From Heptranchias perlo (lineage: Eukaryota), in contig NC_090366.1 of assembly GCF_035084215.1 (NCBI RefSeq), positions 13,826,001-13,890,000 of the forward strand: a stretch of DNA of 64,000 bases, given 5' to 3'. Position 1 is the stretch's first letter, and every line of letters starts with the position of its first letter. Under the pieces are notes generated by a model, which did not search any database, was not told the DNA's origin, and worked only from the letters and a program-made list of their open reading frames with translations. Both the position numbers and the translations under genes were made by a program. Positions 25,240 to 37,064 of this stretch are shown one piece after another.

Positions 25240-27478
25240 CCATAGTTATGGAAAAGGACAAAGATAGAACAGGAGTAAAAGTTCTAAATTGGGGAAAGGC
25301 CAATTTTACTCAGCTGAGAAGTGATTTAGCAAAAGTGGACTGGAAACAGCTACTGGAAGATAAATCAGTGTCAGAGCAGTGGGAGAGATTCAAGGGGGAG
25401 ATTCAAGGAGTGCAGAGTAAACATGTTCCCACAAAGAGAAAGGGAGGGGCTGCCAAATCTAGAGCCCCCTGGATGACCAGGAGCACACGGGGTAAGATAA
25501 GGCGAAAAAGGGAAGCTTAAGTCAGAGACCGAGAGCTCAATAAGGCAGAAAGCCTAGAGGAGTATAGAAAGTGCAGGGGGTGAAATTAAACAGGAAATTA
25601 GGAAAGCAAAGAGAGGGCATGAAAAAATACTGGCAAGTAAAATCAAGGAAAACCCAAAGATGTTTTATAAATATATAAAGAGCAAGAGGATAACTAAGGA
25701 AAGAGTAGGGCCGATTAGAGACCAAAAAGGTAACCTGTGTGTGGAGGCGGAGGATGTGGGGATGGTTTTTAATGAATACTTTGCATCTGTCTTCACAAAC
25801 AGGGGGACATTGCAGAGATTGTAGTTAAGGAGGAGGAGTGTGAAATATTCGATGGGATAAACATAGTGAGAGAGGAAGTATTAAGGGGATTAGCATCTTT
25901 GAAAGTGGATAATCGCCAGGCCCGGATGAAATGTATCCCAGGCTGTTAAAAGAAGTAAGGGAGGAAATAGCGGAGGCTCTGACCATCATTTTCCAATCCT
26001 CACTGGATACAGGCGCGGTGCCAGAGGATTGGTGGACTGCTAACGTTGTACCGTTGTTTAAAAAGGGAGCGAGGGATAGACGGAGTAATTACAGGCCAGT
26101 CAGCCTAACCTCGGTGGTGGGCAAATTATTGGATCAATTCTGAGGGACAGGATAAATCGTCACTTGGAAAGGCACGGATTAATCAAGGACAGTCAGCACG
26201 GATTTATTAAGGGAAGGTCATGTCTGACTAACTTGATTGATTTTTTGTGGAGATAACAAGGAGGGTTGATGAGGGTAACACGTTTGATGTGGTCTATATG
26301 GATTTGAGCAAGGCTTTTGACAAGGTCCCACATGGCAGACTGGTCAAAAAAGTAAAAGCCCATGGGATCCAAGGGAAAGTGGCAAATTGGATCCAAAATT
26401 GGCTCAGTGACAGGAAGCAAAGGGTAATGGTCGATGGGTGTTTTTGTGACTGGCAGGCTGTTTCCAGTGGGGTTCCACAAGGCTCAGTACCAGGTCCCTT
26501 GCTTTTTGCGATATATATTAATGATTTGGACTTAAACGTAGGGGGTATGATTAAGAAGTTTGTAGATGATACAAAAATTGGCCATGTGGTTGATAGTGAG
26601 GAGGAAAGCTGTAGACTGCAGGAAGATATCAATGGACTGGTCAGGTGGGCAGAAAAGTGGCAAATGGAATTCAATCCGGAGAAGTGTGAGGTAATGCATT
26701 TGGGGAGGGCAAACAAGGCAAGGGAATACACAATAAATGGGAGGATACTGAGAGGTGTAGAGGAAGTGAGGGACCTTGGAGTGCATGTCCACAGATCCCT
26801 GAAGGTAGCAGGACAGGTAGATAAGGTGGTTAAGAAGACATATGGGATACTTTCCTTTATTAGCCGAGACACAGAATATAAGAGCAGGGAGGTTATGCTA
26901 GAACTGTATAAAACACTAGTTAGGTCACAGCTTGAGTACTGAGTACAGTTCTGGTCACCACATTACAGGAAGGATGTGATTGCACTAGAGAGGGTGCAGA
27001 GGAGATTTACGAGGATGTTGCCAGGGCTGGAGAATTTTAGCTATGAGGAAAGATTGGATAGGCTGGGGTTGTTTTCTTTGGAACAGAGGAGGCTGAGGGG
27101 AGATTTAATTGAGGTATAAAATTATGAGGGGCCGAGATAGAGTGGATAGGAAGGACCTATTTCCCTTAGCAGAGAGGTCAATAACCAGGGGGCATAGATT
27201 TAAAGTGATTGGTAGAAGGATTAGAGGGGGAACGAGGATTTTTTTTTTCACCCAGAGGGTGGTGGGGGTCTGGAACTCACTGCCTGAGAGGGTGAGAGAG
27301 GCAGAAACCCTCAACTCATTTAAAAAGTACCTGGATGTGCACCTGAAGAGCCGTAACCTACAGGGCTACGGACCAAGTGCTGGAAAGTGGGATTAGGCCG
27401 GGTGGCTCATTTTCGGCCGGCACAGACACGATGGGCCGAATGGCCTCCTTCTGTGCCGTAAATTTTCTATGATTCTAT
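25240..27478 (+). mobile_element. CR1 LINE ORF2 (frameshifted) and 3'UTR
   Basis: LNWGKANF, NYRPVSLTS, YMDLSKAFDKVPH, KFVDDTK, FFTQRVV; (attctatg) tail. Confidence 0.92.
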
Positions 27479-27669
27479 AGTCGTTTTGATAAAATAGAGA
27501 AACAGACAAAGAAGGCTACAATGGAAAGAGAGAGAAATTGGAGGCTAGATAGTCTATCAGCACGCTCCTGTAGCATGTCCTGCCTCAGAGACGGCTGGTG
27601 GAAGCATCTCGCGACCTGGAGGCAAGATCCTTGGATGCGTTTGGGATTTTTATAGAGTTAAGGGTCGTT

Positions 27670-28397
27670 GAAAGAGTCAACACGGATTTGTTAAAAGAAA
27701 ATCGTGTTTGACTAACTTGATTGAGTTCTTTGATGAATTAACGGAGAGGGTCGATGAGGGCAGTGCAGTCGATGTTGTATATGTGGACTTTCAAAAGGCA
27801 TTTGATAAAGTGCCGAATAATAGGCTTGTCAGCAAAAGGGACAGTGGCAGCATGGATATGAAATTGGCTCAGGGGCAGAAGGCAGAGAGTAGTGGTGAAC
27901 GATTGTTTTTCAGACTGGAGGGAGGTACACAGTGGTGTTCCCCAGGGGTCAGTATTAGGACCACTGCTCTTTTTGATAGATATTAATGACCTGGACTTGG
28001 GTATAGAGGGTATAATTTCAAAGTTGGCAGATGACATGGAACTCGGAAATGTAGTAAACACGTGACAGACTTCAGGGGGTCGTAGACAGACTGGTGAAAC
28101 GGGCAGACACATGGCAGATTAAATTTAACGCAGAGAAGTGTGAAGTGATGCATTTTGGTCGGAAGAGCGAGGAGAGGAGAGGCAATATAAACTAAAGGGT
28201 ACAATTTTAAAGCGGGCGCAGGAACAGAGGGACCTGGGGGTGCATGTGCACAAATCTTTTAAGGTGGGAGGGCGAGTTGAGAAAGAGGTTAAAAAAGCAT
28301 ACGGGATCCAGGGCTTTATAAACAGACACGTAGAGTACAAAAGCAAGGAAGTTATGACACCTTTATAAGACACTGGTTAGGCTCCAGCTGGAGTATT
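27670..28397 (+). mobile_element. Degraded CR1 RT fragment
   Basis: TNLIEFF...YVDFQKAFDKVP with frameshifts. Confidence 0.8.
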
Positions 28398-29274
28398 GGC
28401 CCTAAACTTGTTCTAGGCAGTGAACAGACGTCACTCCCCACTCCTAAGTAACTAGCGCACCCACAAACTTTTTGCGGGTTTCTGGACACCAACTTGCTTC
28501 AGTGGAAGCCTGCAAGGAGTTGAGCGAAATTTCCCAGGCTTCCCTGATCAGTGATTGGGCAGGAGAGGTGGGGGGGGGGGAAAGGATCTCGCTCTCTCTC
28601 CCCTCAACCAATCAGCTGAAAGCATCATTGACAGGTCAGAACCAAGGCGTGAAAGCCCCGCTCGCAAGCCACAAGAACCAGGAAGTGTCGGATAGATCAG
28701 TAAATTCTCTATAAAATCAGTTAGAAAAGGCGTACTAAAGATCGGGTGAGCTTAAAGACAGAGGTAAAAGAGACAGAAAGAATAAGTAAAGAAAAATAAC
28801 AACTTTGCAGTTTTTTAATTTATTTTTTTAAATGCCCATCAACAATGAATATCGGGAGGAATGAGACTCCACATTTTTAAAAGTTAGTTTTCAGTGCCAG
28901 AGAGGCTGATTGTCAGTCATTAACACTTATCAAGTCAGTTTAGACCTAAAAACCCTTTTTTTATGGAGAGGTTAATTCGTTCCCAGCTGGGCAGTGCAGC
29001 AAGTTTGTGTTAATCCATTCATTCAGACAGCGAGATCTCTTTAACGTGAAGTTTCAAACGAGCAGGGTCAATGGTGGACCAAATTCCCAATTTCTGCCTT
29101 TGACCGCTCATGGACTCTGCCATTTGCCCTGAAATCATGGTGAGCCCCGTTATCCTCGCCAATAGTTTATGAGACGTTTCCAGGACATTGTGTCTGATTC
29201 TGGGCACCGCACTTTAGGAAGGATGTCCATGCCTCAGAGAGGGTGCAGAAGAGATTTACCAGAATGGGACCAGG

Positions 29275-29874
29275 TGTCAAAAACTTAAACTTAATATTAC
29301 TTATTCTATACAATGCATTAACACCCAAACACTTAATTCAGACAAGCGCGAATTTATTAAGAAGCTTGTGCAAGTGGAAGAGAGTGCCTCAAACAATAGT
29401 TGAGGCTACGTCTTCGCTGAGTTCAAGAAACAGCTCACATTTATACAGTTCAGTAACGACGCCCACCTGGTCACAGAATATGGGCGTACATTCTTTATTG
29501 GTTCAGGTAGTTAGTCAATCAAAATAGGGAACCCACCCTCTGGTTCCCATGGCCGTCTCGATATTTTGGACACAGGCCTGGGAAAGTGCTTTTTCCCTAA
29601 GAAACTGTCTTTATTATCAGTAAGTCTGTAGCTAGTCTCAAGGCTATATGGTCGTTCATATCTGTTAGTCAGACAGTTATCAGCACGTGAAAGCTCAAAG
29701 TAATTACACAATTGTGCTTCTGTGTGTTTTTCGTGAGAAACTATCATGTGAGCTTTAAATTGAATTAGCTGGTCAGTTAATATGGTCAAATATCCATCAT
29801 GCATTTCTACATTCGTGAGTTAGGCGTATTAGAGAGAGTTGATATGGTCAGGTATCTCTTTATGCATTTCCACA
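29275..29874 (-). repeat. 3' LTR
   Basis: Direct repeat of 35617-36219; preceded on - strand by polypurine tract AAAAGGGGGGAA (29875-29886). Confidence 0.95.
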
Positions 29875-29929
29875 TTCCCCCCTTTTGTCCTTTATAAAGG
29901 ACAATATTCTAGTAGAGCATTATTCCAGC

Positions 29930-30509
29930 TAGACGTTCAAACTCTTCTGAGTGCAATTACTCCATCCCATCGTATCACCCCCCCGCTGAATTCTTACTCA
30001 AACGTATTGTTCCATTAGATCTTGGTGTATTTGTAAGGATTAAAAATAGAGGTTTACGGGTCTGATCGTAATTGGATTGGTACCACCTCCGAAATTTGGT
30101 TTCACATTTTGTTGTGATTGTATTCTCCTTCCATTGCTTTCTCACAAACATTGCCTTACTTGTCTTCGCGTTCATCCAGCCAACTATCTCGCATTCTGTT
30201 CCCGTTAATATCAATTTGATTTATTACCCACTCCGCTATTTCTTGGGAAGTTAGGGGGACTGGTCTGAGGGGAATGCTTCCCTTGGATTGAATTGGGATA
30301 TGTGAGCACACCCAGCAACTAGAGATACCTTGACCCTTTGCATACATATATGACATGTATAAAAAAGTATTGACATGCAGTTCCCTTGAAACGCGATTGA
30401 GTCGACTTGCAGCAGGGGTTGTAGCAGGTCCTATGCTAATTACCACCCACACGATCAGGCACGCCGAGCCAACTATTCCCAAATGATCTAACAGTTTAGG
30501 ACATGCCAT
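29930..30509 (-). pseudogene. env: env-2: gamma-type env SU N-terminus, truncated
   Basis: Hydrophobic leader GIVGSACLIVWVVISIG, then NTFL...SSCWVCSHIP (CxxC); no ISD or CX6CC TM region visible. Confidence 0.75.
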
Positions 30510-30858
30510 GCTGCAGCAGTCTCTTATAACAGTTTAATTAATCAGTCAGTTTTTTTTCTGGTACGCCACTGCCGGGGTCCTTGTATGGGGATTTATGGGT
30601 TAATCAATTAACTTCTAGGCCTGACCTTTGAACTCGAGATTGGGACCCTCCCCTTTATATCCCTTAATCCAAATTTTATCCCTATAATATCCTCTTGAAT
30701 GCTGTACCTCATCTTAACCAGGTTCCCTTCGTGTTGGCCACCAGTCCGGGTGGAAGAGAGGCAGAGCATCTGATAATCCTATCAAACTATGATTGTCTCC
30801 CCTTTTACATGCACCTTACCCCAGCGGGTGCTACTCCCGGTACCATTAAGATGTGTTC

Positions 30859-32499
30859 TTAGTTGAAATCACAGACAATGGGGACATTCTCACCCAGGCT
30901 CTGTTTTACTATCTTTGCCAAACCCTTCATCCTCTGCTTACATTTATTACATGCCATGAAAATCAAGAAGCACATTACAACAAACTGCACTACGACTAAT
31001 ACATGTGAAATTAATCTAATCTAAGGATGGATCTGTATATTCAGTCCCCAATTCCAGAGGTCATCCCAACAAGTGGTGACTTTAATTTGGTCAATGTCAT
31101 GCTTAATGTTTTTATTGTCCTGTTGTAGGTTATAATAAACCTTCTGGGAGAGTCGTATCTCCATTCGCAATGCTTTCAAGTATTCAGGCAACAGGGGTGT
31201 CAGATACCCAAATGTTCCTGATATTCTTTTAAGTCCTTTTTGATATCCTCAGGAACTTGTAAGGTGGTGAGGTTATGCCGGTGTATCTCGACCAGTTCCT
31301 CGGGTCCAATCCGAACCGGGACTTCAGGAATGGAGCAGAACTCTGGACTTAAAATATCACAAGTTAGATTGGCATATTTAAATGTTTTCAAATTAGTTGT
31401 AACACGGTATTCGCCCTCTCCGGCATATGCCACTTGAGTGGGTTTTAGATCCGGCCCTAGGGCCTCCATGGTACAGTTAATATCCTGATTGGTACCGGTA
31501 TTGTTAAACCCACACTGTGTTCTGGGCTGTGTCCAACACTATGTGGACATACAGTGACAGCATGTCTAGTAACTCATCCCTCTAATTTTGTTCCAGCCAA
31601 ATTCCCTTTAATTTTTTTCACAGCATATGGTAACATATTGTGATGGGATCTGTGCATTCCGTCCTTCACTACCCCAATATTCTGTACTTGGTACACCTCT
31701 CGTCCCTGGGTTTCGGGTGCCATCACCGGTATTACTAGTGCCAACCCTAGGAGCCCTCCTCCGTCAGGTTTACACTCCACTTGAGTGGGGTACACTCGCA
31801 CCATTGCCCTGAATTGGCAAGGGGTGATGTTCTTGTTTGCTAGCAGCCGCTTGGAGGTACCACCTCCATCATGCCCACGGGTCAGGTTCACCCTCAGTTT
31901 GTTGATTCGTTATTCATAAGGGTACTTCCCCTGCCTGTATCTGGGCTAGGTTCTCTCGTGTCTGTTCCACAATCCAGTTACCATATGTACTGCAGATATC
32001 ATTAGCAGCCGCCTGCTAAGATACGTTATATTCCTCTTTTATTAATTTATTAATGGTTTGGGCATGTGTTTCTAGCACTGTAGCTATCTTTTGCAAATCT
32101 ATGGTCAGCATTTGATCCTCAGACAATTCCTTATCTGTATTTTCATTTATTTTTTAAAATATATCTTTAATGCGAGATCCAAAATCTCTGACCTTTTGAT
32201 CTAATGTTGCCAAATCAATGATGTTAACAACTGAGGCACCCGTATTAAAGGCAGTTGCTATATCGTTAATCACAGACCATTTACGTCTCCACATGTGTCT
32301 ATCTCTTTTACGATGTCCACCTCCATTCCATGTCGCGCCTTGTTTTAACACTTGAGTTAGGAGGTGTTGATATAATTGTTGAGTTTTCTTAGAACACCAT
32401 GTGGGTAGGGCCGTATCGGTTAAATCTAGTACGACCGGTACAAGCTCATGTTGCACGTTATCATACATTACATTCTCAATGCGAGTTATATAATTTGTC
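30859..32499 (-). pseudogene. env-1: F-type (paramyxovirus-F/foamy-like) class I fusion glycoprotein pseudogene
   Basis: Short N-terminal subunit, RRK(W/R) cleavage site, fusion peptide, HR1, Cys-rich beta region, HR2, WDDLWNW, TM and tail, reconstructed across ~5 stops and ~3 frameshifts. Confidence 0.75.
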
Positions 32500-32696
32500 A
32501 GGGAAGGTCTCCCCCCTTTGGTCAGATCTTGTATTGGAGCTACTATTCGTGAATAGTTCAAAATAAAATCGAATAGCCCCAGAACTTGTCGAACTTCCTT
32601 ATCGTACTGTGGGCGGGGTAAATTTAAAATTGTCAATTTCCTATCTTCTGGTAGGCGTTTAGTACCCTGTGTCTGTACATAGCCCAAGTAATGGAC
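32500..32696 (-). pseudogene. pol: pol remnant (RT C-terminal/thumb region)
   Basis: VHYLGY...LPRPQYDKEVRQVLGL...YSRIVAPIQDLTK. Confidence 0.8.
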
Positions 32697-33228
32697 TTCC
32701 AGTTGTCCAACCTATGCTTTCTCTTCATACGATTTGTTTTACATTCACCTTTCTTGTCAATTTTCTTTCCACTGTAGCATTGTCTGTGTGGAAACTTATA
32801 TCTCAGTCAAGTTGTAGCCTTTGGCATTCCCGAGTAATTGGGTCAATTTTAATAGCATAACCTACACCAATTGTTACCTCATGTTCACCTGTGTTCTGGG
32901 CAAGCCTCAGACAGTTGAAAGCCAATATGATCATTATCGCCGTCTTTTTTTGTGTTTTTTTTTTCATCTATTCCCTCAGGGGAGGAGGATTCAAGGATCC
33001 TCACCATGCACCCTGAAGAAAGAGGGTGTCTCCCTTCAAAATTCACAAAAATCATTGTTTTTATCAAGAGACAATAAAACTGTTTAAACAGTACCTGCTC
33101 TTTCCACTTTCAGAATGCTGTGACTCCAAAGGTATCAGACCCAACATCTTAAAAAAAACTTGTGCAGTCCAAATACTTAACTTCAGCGAAACGGAAATAA
33201 GGGTTAGTTACTTCTTGCTTGTCAAATA

Positions 33229-33574
33229 TGGTACCAATATGGACCACGACTACTGGCTGTTCACCCTCCCCCTCCAGAATGCCCTGCAGCCGCTCCGTGA
33301 CATCCTTGACCCTAGCACCAGGGAGGCAACATACCATCCTGGAGTCACGTTTGCGGCCGCAGAAACGCCTATCTGTTCCCCTTACAATGGAATCCCCTAT
33401 CACTATAGCCCTGCCACTCTTCTTCCTCCCCTCCTGTGCAGCAGAGCCACCCGTGGTGCCCCGAACCTGGCTCTTGCTGCATTCCCCTGATAAGCCATCT
33501 CCCCCAACAGTATCTAAAGCAGAATATCTGTTTGAGAGGGAGATGCCCCCAGGGGACTCCTGCTCTACCTGCCT
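33229..33574 (-). mobile_element. CR1 ORF1 (SGNH esterase) internal fragment inside the ERV
   Basis: LSNRYSAL...VIGDSIVRGTDRRFC...CCLPGARVKDV...VVVHIGT. Confidence 0.88.
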
Positions 33575-34675
33575 CGGGGGAGGAATCAATCACAATAGCA
33601 CAAAATGCTTCGAAGAAGATCAAATTAATTTATAACCAGAGACCATCCTGCAACTGTAACTTGTAATTCTTTAAAGCTGCACTTTATCTTTTCTTTTACA
33701 ATTAAACCTCATTTTGTCGATTATTTTATATAAATGCAAAGGTTGTTGCTTGGTGAATTGAAAACAGATGTCGGTGTCCTTAGAAGGGGTTAACTTTATT
33801 TTTTTTTGCAGAAACAAAACGATGGAGCCAGATATCAGATTCACGCAGCGTACGTCAACGCAGCTTTCACATAAATTATTTTTTTTTGTAAAAAAACATT
33901 CATACCGGGAAATAACATCTCCCATCATACATTTTAGATCATAGTTAGTCCAGTATTTCCAGCTTGTTGTGATTAACTTTTGTTTAGGACCCCTCAATTT
34001 CTAATTGCTTTGTAAGTTTTATAATTTGCTGTCCTCGCCATACACAACTATAGCTTTCAAATTCATTATTTTTCACATACTTTTTGTGGGTATGATTGTA
34101 ACCAACTCTCCGAGCTGTTCCAGCTTTCCAGCTTTTCCTATCAAGGTGATACCAGATAGTTTTTTTTTTATCTGCCCCGTTTTTGGGTCATTTTTTTTTC
34201 AAACCACAGCCAATCACAAGATAAAAAGGGCTGTGCTGTCAGAGCTAACAGCTTTCACATTTTAGTACAACCAAGATTAATCCCAAAATTATCAAAATTG
34301 ATGCCCTGTACTAGATAACAAGATGTCGATCTTCGATTTGCAGTAACACACAACATTAATTCTTTACACATCAATTCACACTCACCAATACTCAACAAAA
34401 CTTAAACTTCAAATCACTCGACATTTAAGAAATTCAAAATGCCAATTTTTCTGTGAAGATCCCATGTCTGGAATTTGACATGCTCACATTTTATAAGAAC
34501 CAGAATTTAATAGGTCACTTAACCTCAATAACTCCAATTTTAATTCAGCAATATCAGAATTAAACACAAGACAAAACAGATACATTACACAAAAGAGGAA
34601 AACACGTAAGACGCAGTAAGAAGGGGGTGTGGCCCGCAACACCGACATAAAACACTCACAATAAGGACAGGCTTT

Positions 34676-34918
34676 TTAAAGAGTCAGTACACTGAAAACA
34701 AAAGAACCTTTCTTTCTCGGGACTCTGTCTTCTAAACATTTTTCTAAACACTTAATTCTATCCATATTAAATGTACCGTCTTCGGGAAAAGGATATTTTC
34801 TAGTCCTGGTCCATTTTGACCAAACTATCAACTCGTCAGTTGTTTCTTTCCCAGAGTTTCTGTACATATAAGCAGCAGGTGTTCCCTTTGGAGGGATTTT
34901 GCTTGCGCTGGCGCCCAT
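34676..34918 (-). pseudogene. gag: gag matrix N-terminus remnant
   Basis: MGASASK myristoylation signal; WSKWT...FPEDGTF resembles class I (epsilon/gamma-like) matrix proteins. Confidence 0.8.
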
Positions 34919-35592
34919 GGCTTTATACAATTTTTACACTATAATTACACAGCGATTAACGATCGCAATTCTGTACTTGGTAATTCAGCCGGTTGGACAA
35001 GACGTCATGTGTTCTCTGCACCTACTTTAGGGTCCTGGCCTTCACGTGGGGTTAAAACCCTCTTAATAACCAGCTCAGGCTAGGTGCGTGAGAGAAACAT
35101 CTGCAATTGGTTGGATCAGCTGACTTACACAAGATTTTTATATACCTTAACACTATGCGAGGTAAATTACAATTTCACACTGTTCCGAATGTTAAAATTT
35201 TATTTTACTCAAGTCTGTAGCCTTGTCACCTCTCTCTTTTCCTGGCGCCTTTTTCCACTAGCAGCTGACCGTCTGTCGGCCCCATACAGCAACCTCAATG
35301 TCACTGTAGTAATCACCGGTATCACAGATCTACTCCGTTATTGCTCTCTCTCAGCCCGTTACTACAACACCGCAGCTGACAATATCGAGTGATCTGTCGC
35401 GTCTCTCTTTTTTTTTCTCCCCTTTTTTTTTTCTCCTTGTCTATACGAAACACATTTCCTATGATCGCCTTCCAATTCCTAAAGGCAAACAGAAGAATTA
35501 GTCACGTCAGTTAATGCATACATTTACCAATCGCGGTGCGTCTGCGGCTTGCACAGACAACCTGTATCCGTACTTACCGGGGATCACAAGCG

Positions 35593-35610
35593 ATCTCGGT
35601 GGGACCTCCA
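35593..35610 (-). other. Primer binding site, tRNA-Gln
   Basis: TGGAGGTCCCACCGAGAT is complementary to the vertebrate tRNA-Gln 3' end (ATCTCGGTGGGACCTCCA); candidate splice donor GTAAGT just downstream (35572-35577). Confidence 0.9.
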
Positions 35611-35616
35611 AGAAAC

Positions 35617-36219
35617 TGTCGAAAACTTAAACTCAATATTACTTATTCCGTACAATGCATTAACACCCAAACACTTAATTCAGACAAGTGAGAATTTATT
35701 AAGAAACTTGTGCAAGTGGAAGAGAGTGCCTCAAACAATGGTTGAGGCCACGTCTTCGCTGAGTTCAAGAAACAGCTCACGTTTATACAGTTCAGTAACG
35801 ACGCCCACCTGTCATAGAATATGGGCGTACATGTACATTCTTTATTGGTTCAGGTAGTTAGTCAATCAAAATAGGGAACCCACCCTCTGGTTCCCATGGC
35901 CGTCTCGATATTTTGGACGCAGGCCTGGGAAAGTGCTTTTTCCCTAAGAAACTGTCTTTATTATCAGTAAGTCTGTAGCTAGTCTCAAGGCTATATGGTC
36001 GTTCATTTCTGTTAGTCAGACAGTTATCAGCACATGAAAGCTCAAAGTAATTACACAATTCTGTTTCTATGTGTTTTTCGTGAGAAACTATCATGTGAGC
36101 TTTAAATTGAATTAGCTGGTCAGTTAATATGGTCAAATATCCATCATGCATTTCTACATTTGTGAGTTAGGTGTATTAGAGGGTTAATATGGTCAGGTAT
36201 CTCTTTATGCATTTCCGCA
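35617..36219 (-). repeat. 5' LTR
   Basis: On - strand CCAAT, GTATAAA and AATAAA in order; by eye ~20 substitutions and 3 indels relative to the other LTR. Confidence 0.95.
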
Positions 36220-36890
36220 CAGGGATGAAGGACTTCAGTTATGTGGAGAGACTGGAGAAGCTGGGATTGTTCTCCTTAGAGCAGAGAAGGTTAAGGGGAG
36301 ATTTAATCGAGGTGTTCAAAATCATGAAGGGTTTTGATAGAGTAAATAAGGGAGAGCAGGAGAGTGGGATTAGACTGGGTGGGATATTAAAGGGTACGGG
36401 GAGTGAGGGGGAGAGTGGGATTAGACTGGGTGGGATATTAAAGGGTACGGGGAGTGAGGGGGAGAGTGGGATTAGACTGGGTGGGATATTAAAGGGTACG
36501 GGGAGTGAGGGGGAGAGTGGGATTAGACTGGGTGGGATATTAAAGGGTACGGGGAGTGAGGGGGAGAGTGGGATTAGACAGGAGGGTCGGTAACCAGAGG
36601 ACACAGATTTAAAATAATTGGCGAAAGAGCCAAAGGGGGAGATGGGGAGAATTTTTTTTACGCAGCGAGTTGTTCTGATCTGGAATGCGCTGCCTGAAAG
36701 GGCGGTGGAAGCAGATTCAATAATAACTTTCAAAAGGGGAATTGGATAAATACTTGAAGGGGAGAATTTGCAGGGGCTACGGGGAAAGAGCAGGGGGGAG
36801 TGGGACTAATTGGATATCTCTTTCAAAGAGCCGGCACAGGCTCGATGGGCCGAATAGCCTCCTATAGTGCTGTACCTACTATGATTCCAC
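36220..36890 (+). mobile_element. CR1 3' fragment, right part of the copy split by the ERV (left part 29195-29274)
   Basis: Reading frame continues across the TSD: FTRMGP/GMKDFSYVERLEKLGLFSLE; contains a minisatellite insert at ~36350-36578. Confidence 0.88.
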
Positions 36891-36925
36891 TATGAAGAGA
36901 GAAGGAATGTTTGGAATCAAATGGG

Positions 36926-36935
36926 GGAAGTGAAA
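36926..36935 (+). promoter_or_regulatory. Ets-IRF composite element (EICE) GGAAGTGAAA
   Basis: Exact consensus ~120 bp upstream of the start-codon exon; motif match only. Confidence 0.45.
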
Positions 36936-37064
36936 TCTTTGGAGGCGATTTCAGCTATGGGTGATCTCCATTTGCGATTAGAGGTGAAAGGTATTTCTGA
37001 TAATTGCTGAGTATTGTAAACCTCTCCATTAATTGTCTCCAACTTTATTTCAGTCCCTTTGCAA

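Larger units (their letters stand above)
29275..36219 (-). mobile_element. Endogenous retrovirus, class I (epsilon/gamma-like), internally deleted, 6945 bp
   Basis: Two ~600-bp TG...CA LTRs; TSD CAGG at 29271-29274 and 36220-36223 splitting a CR1 (gggac-cagg-gatgaagg); PBS, PPT, gag/pol/env remnants. Confidence 0.96.

Noticed and set aside
28395-29180. Possible non-autonomous DNA transposon interrupting CR1 sequence
   Set aside because: Termini and TSD could not be defined confidently by eye.
29243-29804. Duplicated ORFs at 29243-29804 and 35549-36151
   Set aside because: They are the two LTR copies, not paralogous genes.
32154-32687. Apparent RT-Env fusion protein
   Set aside because: Most simply an in-frame deletion junction near 32500 that removed RNase H, integrase and the env leader; no ATG start, and it ends at a premature stop.
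35593-35610. tRNA gene
   Set aside because: Only the 18-nt 3' end including CCA, next to an LTR: a primer binding site. The SINE heads are likewise tRNA-derived, not tRNA genes.
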